A stretch of DNA of 64,000 bases from Alphaproteobacteria bacterium (GCA_964291675.2 OZ219866.1:1216001-1280000); one strand, 5' to 3'; counted from the stretch's first letter, positions 1-10,307 are shown. Numbers and translations are program-made. Notes: generated by a model not told the origin, from the sequence alone.

Positions 1-298
1 CATGCTCTACGCCCTTGGACGAGACGTTCTACCTGTGGATACCCATGTCTGGCGTGTCTCCCAGCGGCTCGGACTCGCTCCTGCGGGCGAGTGGAGCGAG
101 AGGCGGGGGCGCGCCCTGGAGGCCACGGTACCGAGAGAGCTGCGGGGATCGCTACACGTAACTATGGTTGCCCATGGCCGGCGCGTCTGCCGGGCGGCAG
201 TACCGGTCTGCAAGAGCTGCGTGCTTGCCGATCTCTGTCCAACGGCCGACCCTAACCCGCGAGCGGCTCGACTTCCTCCTCGATCACGGTCCGGATGA
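1..298 (+). CDS. Endonuclease III-like HhH-GPD DNA glycosylase, C-terminal part (5' end outside window)
   Basis: LPVDTHVWRVSQRLG motif and 4Fe-4S motif C-x6-C-x2-C-x5-C (CRAAVPVCKSCVLADLC). Confidence 0.85.
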   Translation, partial: MLYALGRDVLPVDTHVWRVSQRLGLAPAGEWSERRGRALEATVPRELRGSLHVTMVAHGRRVCRAAVPVCKSCVLADLCPTADPNPRAARLPPRSRSG

Positions 299-1196
299 GT
301 TCCTGCTCGCCGGCCTCGATTCCGTCCTTGAACCCTACCAAGCGAAGCCTATCCAGGACGACGGCACGGCCCTTCAACGTCAGGAACTCCATCGTGGGAC
401 GCTCGACGTGGTGGGGTACGGCGAGAAAGGAGGCCGGTGGAACCCAGGTGCCGGTAAAGAGCTTCCATTGGTCTGGGCTCGGTTCATTGATCTTGGTCGC
501 CCAACTGTCGCTACGACCTACCGTGACCTGCCCGATGAATCCCCAGGCGCCGGGCCGCAAGTCGTCCTCCCAACCCAAATGGCAAAGGACGTCCACTCCT
601 TCGTCGTGCGCTCTCACGCGTCTCGGCGCTGCATCTGGGTTCGCCTTAAGACCAACTTCGCCGCACGCGATCCGCAAGGCCTCCTCAAAAGAGCCGCCCT
701 CCCGACGGCGCACCGCTACCCCGGCAGACGCCAACCCACGGGCCTGCAACACCGCTAACACGATTTGCTCGAACATCTCATGTGGTCGATGCATCGAGTT
801 CACGCTGAATGCGTGCGCGATGGTCAGGGCGAGCACCGCCGTGTACGCGCTCGTCTCAAGATCGACGCCGCGGTCAAGTACGATTTCGTCATCCGTGATC
901 TCGAAAGGATAGCGCGCCGCAAGTACGTCGCGACGCTCGTCCATTTGTCGGAACACAACGGACGCGACTTCGTGGGCTTCGTCGAGCCGCTCCGACAAGA
1001 CGCTCGACTCACCGTCAACGCGTTCACTGTCCGATGATTGAATCAGCTCGAGGTTCCAGCCGTTGTCGGCCAAGAAGTCCGCAAGTGTTGCCCGCTTCAC
1101 AGGCTGCCCCTTGAGTGCTAGCAGCTCGACGTAGTCTGCAAGCAGAGAGGCTCGCGCGTACGGGCCATAGGTATCGGGTTCAGGCGCCCTGATCAT
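252..1196 (-). CDS. Hypothetical protein with possible PD-(D/E)xK-like nuclease motif
   Basis: About 314-aa ORF overlapping the 3' end of the upstream ParB-like gene; motif HDEGVDVL...FIGQVTVG resembles a D...QxK/T REase core. Confidence 0.6.
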   Translation of the reverse strand: MIRAPEPDTYGPYARASLLADYVELLALKGQPVKRATLADFLADNGWNLELIQSSDSERVDGESSVLSERLDEAHEVASVVFRQMDERRDVLAARYPFEITDDEIVLDRGVDLETSAYTAVLALTIAHAFSVNSMHRPHEMFEQIVLAVLQARGLASAGVAVRRREGGSFEEALRIACGEVGLKANPDAAPRRVRAHDEGVDVLCHLGWEDDLRPGAWGFIGQVTVGRSDSWATKINEPSPDQWKLFTGTWVPPASFLAVPHHVERPTMEFLTLKGRAVVLDRLRLVGFKDGIEAGEQELIRTVIEEEVEPLAG

Positions 1197-2295
1197 GTTC
1201 AACCATTCGGTCTTGAATTACTGCTCGCGCTGAACGGGCAAGCTGTGACAGACCTTCCACGGCGTCGAGCAGTCCGATCGACATTGCCGCCGTGTCCGCT
1301 CGGTGAAGGGTGTCCAGGAACAGCTCCAGGCTCTTCACAAGTCGTTGGGCGCGTGGCTCCAGATCCAGCTCCTCCACGACCTGTCTGGCCAGGCTTAGGT
1401 CACCTGTCTTGCGCAGCGCTGCGTGTGCTCGTTCGTCAGCAAGCGCTCGGCCGTAAATTGTGACGTCACGTGAATCGCCCAAGACGGCTCGACTTCGCCC
1501 TCCTTTGCTCTGGAGATCTCCAAGCACCTCTGCGAGCTTGTCTGGGTTGATCCCCATCAAGGCCTGCTCAATCTCTTGATGCGTTCGTGCGGGACCGAGC
1601 CCGACATAGCTCCTGATGTCAGCCGAGTTCATACAGCGCAGCCAAACCCCGAAGCGATGGTCTTGGACGTAGGTGACATTCAGCCCGTACTCGTCTCGTG
1701 CGTGGAGGAGGATGCGGATCGCGAGATAAGGGTTCCTGACCCCTTGGGCGTTGCTTCCAACCCGCCGGCCAAGCTCCCGAAAGGGGTCGGCGATGTCCCG
1801 CTCGACGAGCCGGTCGACCTCGGCAAGGAGGTAGCGGGCCTTCGCCTCCGGCGGCCAAGTCTTCAGCCCGCCGATGTGCCTGAACCCCACATAAGCGTGG
1901 ATCTGGTTGCGATCCGAAATAAGGACGCAAGGAATCTCACGGAGCGTCTCAAGTCGTTCGGGGGGTAGCGCGATGTCGGCGAAACCGATTTCGTCAGCCT
2001 CCGGGGATCCGTGCAGGATCTTGAGCGCCGCGAGCCGCCGATTTCCCTCTACGACCCTGTATGTGTCCTCTTGGCCCTCCCTGACGACCAACAGCGGCTC
2101 TTGCGGAAAGAACCCGTTGTCCCGGTAAGAGTGCGCAAGCTCCTCTAATGCGGCCTGCTCATAGAGATACCGTAGAATCTCAGACTGCGGCTGTTGGTAG
2201 AGACGCTCCGGAAGCCGTGGGTTCTCATCATCGAGAAGCAGCTCGTCGAAGGGGAGCCGCAATATGATTCCTTCTTGCGAGGCTGTGTCGTTCAT
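1180..2295 (-). CDS. ParB/Srx-like N-terminal domain protein (371 aa)
   Basis: LLLDDENPRL and VVEGNRRLAALK ParB/Srx motifs; AAGGAG RBS upstream of ATG at 2295. Confidence 0.8.
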   Translation of the reverse strand: MNDTASQEGIILRLPFDELLLDDENPRLPERLYQQPQSEILRYLYEQAALEELAHSYRDNGFFPQEPLLVVREGQEDTYRVVEGNRRLAALKILHGSPEADEIGFADIALPPERLETLREIPCVLISDRNQIHAYVGFRHIGGLKTWPPEAKARYLLAEVDRLVERDIADPFRELGRRVGSNAQGVRNPYLAIRILLHARDEYGLNVTYVQDHRFGVWLRCMNSADIRSYVGLGPARTHQEIEQALMGINPDKLAEVLGDLQSKGGRSRAVLGDSRDVTIYGRALADERAHAALRKTGDLSLARQVVEELDLEPRAQRLVKSLELFLDTLHRADTAAMSIGLLDAVEGLSQLARSARAVIQDRMVEHDQGA

Positions 2296-2738
2296 TGACG
2301 ATGCTCCTTCACGAGGCGAGCGGAGACGATGGGCCAATTCGAGGATCAGAGTCCACTGTATCCCCGACCCAAGGCGGAACAGACCGGAACCTTGAACTAC
2401 CGGCCAGAAGAAGCAAGCGGATGGCTGCGATTTGACGTGGCCGGCGCTCGGCGTGAGCCGCTCGGTCTTCGTCTTCGTGCGCGAAGCGGTGTCGACGTCC
2501 GTCATGCGGCCGGTCGGGCAACGCGCTGGGGGTCAGCCTCGTACGGTTCCGCGCCTCGCGCCGGCTCGGTTCTAGGTCAAGCGGACTCCCCCTAGCCCGC
2601 ATTCGGCACCACGGTGGGTGTGACCGCTTATTTTAGCCAGCGAGAGCGGTTGTCGGGGAGGGATGGGCTGAGCGGCGGCTTCAGCGGTCGGCATGAGGTG
2701 CCTGCGGCTGGCTGGCGGTGGGATGGGGCCGGAACATT

Positions 2739-3092
2739 TCACGAACAAGCTGCGTCGCCGGTCGCTGGGGTCGGGTTCGCGATGCGCGACGGGCGCAGCT
2801 TGCCGGTGGCGCCCCTGGGCGGCGCGGTGGCAACGGGCTGGGCGAGGGGACCGAACACGACATCCGCCGGTTCGACGCGGACCGCCAGCCGGTCGATTTC
2901 TCCGATGACCGTCTTCATGGCCTCGCGATACGGTGCCTGGCCGCGTCGCCCGGCAACAGCTTCGTACTCGGACTGGATGGGCTCCGACAGGACAATTTCG
3001 TGCTGCCGCACGACCCTGTCGACGACCGCACGACACGTACCGTCGATCCGCGCCGCCGACACGAGAACATTGCAGTCCAGGACGACCCTTAT
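2739..3092 (-). pseudogene. PIN-domain toxin pseudogene (start ATG to ATA; C-terminus apparently replaced)
   Basis: Reads IRVVLDCNVLVSAA... from an ATA at 3092 overlapping the antitoxin stop; the distal acidic PIN motif is absent after ...VFGP. Confidence 0.7.
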
Positions 3093-3382
3093 GCCTCGCG
3101 GAGACGGCGTTCACGGCGCGAGGCGGATATTTCGGCGATCGAGTCCCTCATGATCTGGTCCTCGGAACGCCCGAGATCTTCGGACGAGGTCCGAGCCGCC
3201 CCCAACTTGGCGGCAACGCGATTGGCGGCGGCATCCCGATCGACCACTTCCTTGGGCCTGAACAGGATACCGTCGCCGACGAGGGTCGCCTCCATGATGT
3301 CGCCTTCTCGAAGGTCGATGTCCCTGCGCAGCTTGGCTGGAATGGTGACCTGGAATTTCGGCTTCACGGTGACGAACGGCAT
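3089..3382 (-). CDS. AbrB/MazE-family antitoxin
   Basis: VKPKFQVTIPAKLRRDIDLREGD swapped-hairpin signature; directly upstream of the PIN gene. Confidence 0.9.
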   Translation of the reverse strand: MPFVTVKPKFQVTIPAKLRRDIDLREGDIMEATLVGDGILFRPKEVVDRDAAANRVAAKLGAARTSSEDLGRSEDQIMRDSIAEISASRRERRLREA

Positions 3383-3687
3383 GGCGGCCTCGCATGCGGC
3401 TTGTTGGAAAGTTGCACTTTCTTACTATTGGAGAGGTTGGAAAGGCAACCGCTTCCCGCCGACAGGCGGCCCGTTCGCGGCTCGACCGCCATATATCCGA
3501 AGCCCGTCGGACCACCGGCAGCTGTTGCGGACGCGGTGCTTGCGGGTGAGCCCCCTCTCGGGCCGCCGCTCGCGGCGCGACCGCACCCAACTCATCAACC
3601 CGGTCGGCGATGCGCTGTGCGGGTTCGCCGAGCTGCACGACGGTCCGATCCGCTGCGTAACCTTCGGTCACCGTCATCGCCGCCGAA

Positions 3688-3930
3688 TCAATCGAAGCGC
3701 GGCGGCTCGCGCATCGGCCCGCACGGGGGCAATTCGAGCTCTACGCCGCCATAGGGAGCAAAGCACTCCTGGATGAAGGCGGAAAGGTTCTTCGGCTCGG
3801 GTTCCCCACCGACCGCCTGGCGCAGAATCAACCGCGCCTCCTCCTCCATGGAGCGGCCATTGCCCGCCGCTCGCGTGCGAAGCCGGGTCTTCACCTCGTC
3901 GTCGAGATTGCGGATCGTGATGCTCGCCAT
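3688..3930 (-). CDS. FitA-like ribbon-helix-helix antitoxin (orphan)
   Basis: MASITIRNLDDEVKTRLRTRAAGNGRSMEEEAR signature; GGAGG RBS; no PIN toxin follows. Confidence 0.85.
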   Translation of the reverse strand: MASITIRNLDDEVKTRLRTRAAGNGRSMEEEARLILRQAVGGEPEPKNLSAFIQECFAPYGGVELELPPCGPMREPPRFD

Positions 3931-4110
3931 GCCTCTGTCCTCCGCCGCCGCATGGGAGCGAACCCTACGCAAGTGATTGCGACGCTATCAAGGGGCGGGC
4001 TATGCCTCACGTTCGTTTCGATCCGCGCCTCCGGCCCGTGCGTGTCGACCCGTCAACGCGCCCGGCGCCGGGCGGGCCCCGAAGTCGGCGTTGGCTGGAG
4101 GCACCGCCAG

Positions 4111-4866
4111 CTAATTGGGCTCTTTGGTTCCATAAAAGACCGAATTGAAGGTGCCGATGTCGATCTGTCCCAGGCTGGAACTGCTGGCAATGTCGCCGCT
4201 GACATACCCGGCGACCCCCTCGGCGTCGGTCCCGCCGAAAGCGCCCTCGCCCGCGAAGGTGCCGGTAAAGGTTATCGGTCCTATGGCGGACGGCACATCG
4301 ATCGTTTCCGTCGCGGTGGGTTGGAACCTGCCGCCGGACACGGGAGCGCGTTCCGACGCGATCTCGGCGAGGCCGAACTCGTCCAGCCCGGTGTCCATGT
4401 AGGTGAGCGTCGCCTCGACGCCGTTGTTCTCGAAATGTGCCGTGATGCGCGCGCTGCCGGACAGCGCGGCGAGATCCGCCGGAGTCAGGTCCACCAGACC
4501 CAAGCCCGCAGCGACCGCGGGGTCCGAACTCACCTCGATCGTGCCGGACCATTGGCCGTTCCAGGTGGCTGTCCCCATGCCCGCGGGCTGTGTCGGCGCG
4601 CTCGCCATGATGCGGCCGCCCGCCGTGTCGTAGTGCGCCCTCAACACGTCGTTCGTGTCGCGTATGTCGAGACTCCCGGCCGGCAGGGCATTCCACTCGC
4701 CCAACTCGGCCATCATCGTCGCCCCGTCGGGTTCGGTCGGGATCGGTGCTCCACCGCCGGACGTGCTGCCATCGCCGCCGCAAGCCGCGAGCAGCAGCCC
4801 CGCAACAAGAAGCGCCACGCCGCTCTCGCCCTTCATTTGCATGGTCTTCGTTCCTGTGGTCTTCAT
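4111..4866 (-). CDS. Lipoprotein with TbpB/fHbp-like beta-barrel features
   Basis: Lipobox LLAAC-GG; beta-strand-rich (ATWNGQWSG, GAFGG, C-terminal VFYGTK). Confidence 0.65.
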   Translation of the reverse strand: MKTTGTKTMQMKGESGVALLVAGLLLAACGGDGSTSGGGAPIPTEPDGATMMAELGEWNALPAGSLDIRDTNDVLRAHYDTAGGRIMASAPTQPAGMGTATWNGQWSGTIEVSSDPAVAAGLGLVDLTPADLAALSGSARITAHFENNGVEATLTYMDTGLDEFGLAEIASERAPVSGGRFQPTATETIDVPSAIGPITFTGTFAGEGAFGGTDAEGVAGYVSGDIASSSSLGQIDIGTFNSVFYGTKEPN

Positions 4867-5041
4867 TTCTGGTCAATCCTTCGCTTCTTCGCCTGTCGAG
4901 ACGAGTATTCACTTACTCCAGACAGCGGACAATGCAACGAAACACCGCTTCGGTCCGACCGCCGGTCCGTTTCAGGTTTTCGACCGGGTCGGCTTGCTCA
5001 ACCGGCCGCGGCAGTTTCGCAAGCCGGGTGGAGTTCGGCCG

Positions 5042-6331
5042 TCAACCGCCCGCGCCAGCGTCCCCTGGCCGGTCGTAGAGGTGCCTGAGCTCCGTCCGCC
5101 AGTCGACGCCGCTCTCGACCACCCGCTCGATCGCGCGGATCCGGTAATAGGTGGGCGCCACGCCCGGCGGGTCCTCGCCCGGCGGCGCGTGCTTGAGCCG
5201 GGCGAGCAGGATGCGCCGCGTGGCGATCACCGCGGCGTCGGTGGTGCCGAGATTCTCCCGCGACCGGTCGACGACCGGGCCCATGCTCTCCTGCACCGCA
5301 TGGTCCTGGTTGTTGATCCCGTCGATGCCGCTATAGGTCTCGCTCTTCTGCACCGCCCGGTCGATCAGCCAGTCGACGTCGCGGTTGCGCAGCTTGCGGT
5401 GCCCCGCGTCGACCTCGCCGGGCGCGCGCCCGCGGCTCCATTCGAGGACCTCGCGCTCGGACTCGCCCAGCGCGTCGTTGCCGTACTTGCCGATCCAGTT
5501 GTAGACCATGGTGTTCCGGTCATCCATCGGCACGAAGATGTGGCCGTTGACGATCGGCTGCAGGGTCTCGCCGTCGCCGCCGAGCTCGAACGGGAAGAAG
5601 GTGTGGCAGGGCATGACGTAGTGGTAGACCTTGACCCACTTGCGGCCGCCCGGCATCGGCCGAATCGAGGCATAGGCGTGGCCGTAATCGGTGATCTCGA
5701 CCTCGTCGCTGAGCGGCACCGGCACGGTCCAGAGGCCGCCGAGACCGGCGCGCGCGGTGTCGGGGGTCAGCGTGGTGTGCAGGGTCGAGGCATGCATGCT
5801 GTCGATCCCGCCCTCGAGCGCCTGCAGCCAGTTGCACTCCTGCCACGTGCGGGTGACGACGCGCTGGTCGTCCCTGAGCCCGGTCCACTCGAAGCGCGGC
5901 AAGGCGGGCTGCGCGCCGTCTCCGAGATAGGCCCAGACCACCCCGCCGAGCTCGACCGTCGGGTAGGCGGCGAGCCGGATGCGCGAGCGGAAATCGCTCT
6001 CCGGCGGCTCGGTCGGCATGTCGACGCAGCGCCCTTCGACGTCGTATTTCCAACCGTGATAGACGCAGCGCAGCCCGCGCTCCTCGTTGCGCCCGAGGAA
6101 CAGCGAGACCCGGCGATGCGCGCAGAACTCCTCAAGCAGGCCGATCTTTCCCGACGTGTCGCGGAAGGCCACCAGATCCTCGCCGAGCAGCCGGACGCGG
6201 ACCGGCGCGCAATCCGGCCCGGCGATCTCGCGCGCCAGCAGCGCCGGCAGCCAGTAGCGCCGCATCAGCCGGCCGAGCGGCGTCGCCTTCCCCACCCGGG
6301 TGACGAGCGCGTTGTCTTCCCTGGACAGCAT
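5042..6331 (-). CDS. Rieske oxygenase alpha subunit (phthalate 4,5-dioxygenase/LigX-like)
   Basis: MLSREDN...LMRRYW N-terminus, Rieske CAH...CVYH, mononuclear-Fe DSMH...H. Confidence 0.9.
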   Translation of the reverse strand: MLSREDNALVTRVGKATPLGRLMRRYWLPALLAREIAGPDCAPVRVRLLGEDLVAFRDTSGKIGLLEEFCAHRRVSLFLGRNEERGLRCVYHGWKYDVEGRCVDMPTEPPESDFRSRIRLAAYPTVELGGVVWAYLGDGAQPALPRFEWTGLRDDQRVVTRTWQECNWLQALEGGIDSMHASTLHTTLTPDTARAGLGGLWTVPVPLSDEVEITDYGHAYASIRPMPGGRKWVKVYHYVMPCHTFFPFELGGDGETLQPIVNGHIFVPMDDRNTMVYNWIGKYGNDALGESEREVLEWSRGRAPGEVDAGHRKLRNRDVDWLIDRAVQKSETYSGIDGINNQDHAVQESMGPVVDRSRENLGTTDAAVIATRRILLARLKHAPPGEDPPGVAPTYYRIRAIERVVESGVDWRTELRHLYDRPGDAGAGG

Positions 6332-6531
6332 GGTCCTCTCCGGCGAACGCGGGCGCGGCGATCCGCGATGGCGCGCGCCGCGACCGCTCGACCATATCAA
6401 CCGGCGGTCCCGTTGACACCACGGCAGGCGCGCGGGACGCCCCGCCGCATGGCCGGGTGGCCGCCGCATGGTCGGTCCGCGCCGTTCCCGGAGTTGTGGC
6501 CGGGCCGGCGCGGCGATAGAACGGCGATGCG

Positions 6532-7320
6532 ATGACGGGCAAGCGAAACGACGGCAAGCGCAGGCTCGGCGCCACGCGGCAGAACTCCTGGGGCGTCGGC
6601 AAGGGCCACGCCGATCTCGTGCGCCCGGTGAGCCCGCCGCGGCCGCTGTCCTTCGCGGCCGCCCCCCAGCGCGTGACTGTCGACCTCAACCGCACCGCCA
6701 TGATCGTCATCGACATGCAGAACGACTTCTGTTCCGAAGGCGGCTGGTTCGCCTCGCGCGGGATCGACATCTCGCCGGTCCGCGCGCCGATCGCCCCGCT
6801 CAACGCCTTCCTGCCGGTGCTGCGCAAGGCGCGGGTGCCCGTGGTCTGGCTCAACTGGGGCAATCGCGCGGATCTGATGAACCTCAACCCCACGACCCTG
6901 CACGCGGGCAATCCGGCGGGCGACGGCGCGGGCTACGGCGACACGCCGGCGGGCGGGCGCTCGCCGGTTCTGAAGAAGGGCGCCTGGGGGGCGCGCATCT
7001 GCGACGGGCTGAACGCCGCCCGCGTCGACATCCGCGTCGACAAGTACCGTCTCAGCGGCTTCTGGGACAACGAGTTCGACAGCGTTTTGAGAAATCTTGA
7101 CGCGAGGACCCTGCTCTTCGCCGGCGTCAACCTGGACCGATGCGTTCTCGCGACGATGCAGGACGCCGGCTTCCTGGGCTATGACTGCGTCCTGATCGAC
7201 GATTGCGCGGCAACGACGTCGCCCGCCTATGTCGCGCGGGCGGCAAGATTCCTGATCCGCGACATGTACGGCTTCATCGCCCGCTCGCGCGATGTCGTGC
7301 GCGCTCTGGAGGGCGGTTGA
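6532..7320 (+). CDS. Isochorismatase-family cysteine hydrolase (RutB-like)
   Basis: IDMQNDF, KYRLSGF and DRCV catalytic triad motifs. Confidence 0.9.
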   Translation: MTGKRNDGKRRLGATRQNSWGVGKGHADLVRPVSPPRPLSFAAAPQRVTVDLNRTAMIVIDMQNDFCSEGGWFASRGIDISPVRAPIAPLNAFLPVLRKARVPVVWLNWGNRADLMNLNPTTLHAGNPAGDGAGYGDTPAGGRSPVLKKGAWGARICDGLNAARVDIRVDKYRLSGFWDNEFDSVLRNLDARTLLFAGVNLDRCVLATMQDAGFLGYDCVLIDDCAATTSPAYVARAARFLIRDMYGFIARSRDVVRALEGG

Positions 7321-7596
7321 GCCGGCCCGCCTTGCGCGACGCCCGATCCGGGCCGGGTGGCGCGGAAGGGCGCGCGGAAGCCGCGCGCCGAGGCCGTGCC
7401 GGGGCCGCGGGCGGTCTCTGCAACGGCTTGAAAATCCCAGAGAAACCTGCCCCTGCCACGATGTCTTCGCGAATTCGCCGAAGTCGCTTGGTAGTCGGGA
7501 CGGTTCGCGCGGATAATGGCTGCGGCCGGCGTGGAACTGTCAGCGGTTGCGAGACCCCGCCGGACCGGCAACAACAAGACGAAAGGGAGACAGGCA

Positions 7597-8646
7597 ATGC
7601 CATCGGATTCCTCGCGACGCGCGAGCCTTGCGGTCGTCGGCCTCGCCGCGCTCGCCGCGCTCGGCGCCGGCATGGCGGGACAGGCGCAGGCGGCCGATCC
7701 GCTAAAAGTTCGCTTCATCCTGAACTGGAAATACCAGGGCCCCCAGGCCTGGTTCTTCCTGGCCGACGACAAGGGGTATTTTGGGCAGGCGGGCATCGAC
7801 ATCCAGCTCGACCAGGGGGCGGGCTCGGGTGCCGCGGTGCCCAAGGTGGCGAGCACCGCCTATGACGCGGGCTTCGGCGACATCAACGCGATCACGCGGT
7901 TTGCCTCCAAGAACAAGGGCAGGCAGCCGGTCGCGGTCTACATGATCTACAACCAGACGCCCTTCGTCATCGCGACCCCCAGGGCGGCCAAGATCGTGAA
8001 GCCCAAGCAGCTCGAGGGCATGACCCTCGGCGCGCCGGTCAATGACGGCGCGTTCAAGCTGTTCCCGGCCTTCGCCAATATCGCCGGCATCGACGCCGGG
8101 AAAGTCGCCTGGCAGCACATGAAGCCCAATCTGCGGGTCACCATGCTCAAGCAGGGCAAGGTAGAGGGCGTATCGGGCTACCACCTGACGGTGCTGTTCG
8201 ATGCTCTCCGCGTCGGCATGGACCCCGACCGCGACCTCGACTTCATGCGCTTCGCCGATTTCGGCATGGACCTCTATTCCAACGCCGTCATGGTGAGCCA
8301 GGAGCTGCTCCAGAAGCACCCGGACAAGGTCAAGGGCATGGTCGGCGCGATCAACAAGGCGTTCTGGGAGGTCGTGGCCAACCCGGAGGTCGGGCTCGAC
8401 GCGGTGATGCGCCGCGAGCCGCTGCTCAAGCGGGCTTCGGAGAAGGAACGGCTGCTGGCGACGCTGAAACATCTCATCCTGTCGCCCGAGATGAAGAAGA
8501 TCGGCATGGGCGATACCGATCCCGCGCGGCTCAAGCGGTCCATCGATATCGTCACCAGGGCCTTCAAGCTGGAGCGGACGCCCGACCCGGACGAGGTGTT
8601 CCAGGCGCGCTTCCTGCCGCCCCTGAAGGACCGCATGGGCCAATGA
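7597..8646 (+). CDS. NMT1/THI5-type ABC transporter substrate-binding protein
   Basis: Signal peptide; LNWKYQGPQAWFFLADDKGYF; upstream of ATPase and permease. Confidence 0.9.
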   Translation: MPSDSSRRASLAVVGLAALAALGAGMAGQAQAADPLKVRFILNWKYQGPQAWFFLADDKGYFGQAGIDIQLDQGAGSGAAVPKVASTAYDAGFGDINAITRFASKNKGRQPVAVYMIYNQTPFVIATPRAAKIVKPKQLEGMTLGAPVNDGAFKLFPAFANIAGIDAGKVAWQHMKPNLRVTMLKQGKVEGVSGYHLTVLFDALRVGMDPDRDLDFMRFADFGMDLYSNAVMVSQELLQKHPDKVKGMVGAINKAFWEVVANPEVGLDAVMRREPLLKRASEKERLLATLKHLILSPEMKKIGMGDTDPARLKRSIDIVTRAFKLERTPDPDEVFQARFLPPLKDRMGQ

Positions 8647-9524
8647 ACGAACTGGCCCCGGCCGGCCCCGCGGAGACCGACGATCCGCCGGGCGGGCCGG
8701 GCGCGTCGGCCGGCGCGGCGGTTGCGCTCGAACGGGTCGCGCTGCGCTACGGCGATCCCGAGACCGGCACGCTCGCCCTGAAGGACACCGAGCTCGCCGT
8801 CGGGGAAGGCGAGTTCGTCGCCATCGTCGGACCCAGCGGGTGCGGCAAGTCCACCCTGATGAAGCTCGTCTCCGGGCTGAACCCGGCGACCGAGGGTGTG
8901 GTGTCGGTCGCCGGCGAGGTCGTCACCCGGCCGATCAAGATCGTCGGCATGGCCTTCCAGAACCCGACCATGCTGCCGTGGCGGAGGACCATCGACAACG
9001 TCCTGCTGCCGCTCAGGATCGTCCGCCCCTACCGGGAGAGCTTCCGCCGCGACCGCGAGCGGAACACCGCCCGCGCGGAGGCGCTGCTGCGCCGCGTGGG
9101 ACTGCACGGCTTCAGCCGGAAATATCCCTGGCAGCTCTCCGGCGGGATGCTGCAGCGCGCCTCGCTGTGCCGCGCGCTGATCCACGAGCCGAGCCTGCTG
9201 CTGCTGGACGAGCCGTTCGGCGCGCTGGACGCCTTTACCCGCGAGGAGCTGTGGGGCGTGTTGCAGGCGCTGTGGATGGACCGGCGCCCGACGGTCCTGC
9301 TGGTCACCCACGATTTGCGCGAGGCGGTCTATCTCGCCGACCGCGTGGTGGTGATGAGCGCGCGGCCCGGGCGTATCATCTTCGACCGCCGGGTCGAGCT
9401 GGCGCGGCCGCGCGCGCTGGACGATCTGTTCCGCGACACCGCGGTGCAGCTGGTCCACGATTTGCGCGCCCGCATCGAGCACTTTCAGCTCGACGAGACG
9501 GTCGGGGACGGGTTGGAAGAATGA
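8643..9524 (+). CDS. ABC transporter ATP-binding protein (TauB/SsuB-type)
   Basis: GPSGCGKST, LSGGM, LLLDEPF. Confidence 0.95.
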   Translation: MNELAPAGPAETDDPPGGPGASAGAAVALERVALRYGDPETGTLALKDTELAVGEGEFVAIVGPSGCGKSTLMKLVSGLNPATEGVVSVAGEVVTRPIKIVGMAFQNPTMLPWRRTIDNVLLPLRIVRPYRESFRRDRERNTARAEALLRRVGLHGFSRKYPWQLSGGMLQRASLCRALIHEPSLLLLDEPFGALDAFTREELWGVLQALWMDRRPTVLLVTHDLREAVYLADRVVVMSARPGRIIFDRRVELARPRALDDLFRDTAVQLVHDLRARIEHFQLDETVGDGLEE

Positions 9525-10297
9525 AGAAGCTCAAGGAGCTGAACTGGTTCTGGTCGGCGCTGATCATCCTCGGCTTCTTTCTGATCTGGGAGCTGCTGTG
9601 CCTGGCCACCGCCATGCCGGATTTCATCCTGCCGCGGCCGAGCCAGTTCGCCGTCGTGCTGGTCGATCAGTTCCACGGCATCCAGCGGCACGGCCTGCAG
9701 ACCCTGATGACCACCACGACCGGCTTCGCCGGGGGGGTGCTGGTGGGCGTGATCATCGGCGCGATCATCGGGTCGTCGAAGGTGCTCTACAACGCCTGCT
9801 ACCCGATGCTGGTCGGCTTCTACTCGATACCCAAGGTCGCGCTGGTGCCGGTCTTCGTCGTCTGGTTCGGGATCGGCACCGTGCCGGCGATCCTCACCTC
9901 GCTGGTGATCTGCATCTTTCCGGTCGTCGTCAACGTCGCGACCGGCCTGGCGACGACCGAGCCCGAGCTCGAGGACGTGCTGCGGGCGCTCGGCGCGAGC
10001 AAGCTCGACATCTTGTGGCATGTCGGGCTGCCGCGATCGCTGCCGTACTTCTTCGCCTCGCTGAAGATCGCCATCACGCTGAGCTTCGTCGGCACCGTGG
10101 TCTCCGAGACGGTGGCCGCCAATCTCGGCATCGGCAGCATGATGGTGCTGGCGAGCTCCGACTTCAACATGCCGCTGGTGTTCGCCGGGCTGGTCCTGCT
10201 CGCCTCGATGGGGATCGGTCTCTACGCGTGCTTCGCCGTGCTGGAGCGCCGCATGACCGGATGGGCCCAGCGCAAGACCGAGTTCGTGTCCGGCTGA
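9521..10297 (+). CDS. ABC transporter permease (TauC/SsuC-type)
   Basis: Hydrophobic; EDVLRALGAS EAA-like motif; ATGA overlap with ATPase. Confidence 0.92.
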   Translation: MKKLKELNWFWSALIILGFFLIWELLCLATAMPDFILPRPSQFAVVLVDQFHGIQRHGLQTLMTTTTGFAGGVLVGVIIGAIIGSSKVLYNACYPMLVGFYSIPKVALVPVFVVWFGIGTVPAILTSLVICIFPVVVNVATGLATTEPELEDVLRALGASKLDILWHVGLPRSLPYFFASLKIAITLSFVGTVVSETVAANLGIGSMMVLASSDFNMPLVFAGLVLLASMGIGLYACFAVLERRMTGWAQRKTEFVSG

Positions 10298-10307
10298 AAC
10301 CGGGCCC

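Noticed and set aside
3500-3680. Possible IS110 remnant (LLRTR...RDRTQLIN) or fitB toxin downstream of fitA
   Set aside because: Similarity is limited to a few residues; there is no PIN motif in the frames read and no other transposase features.
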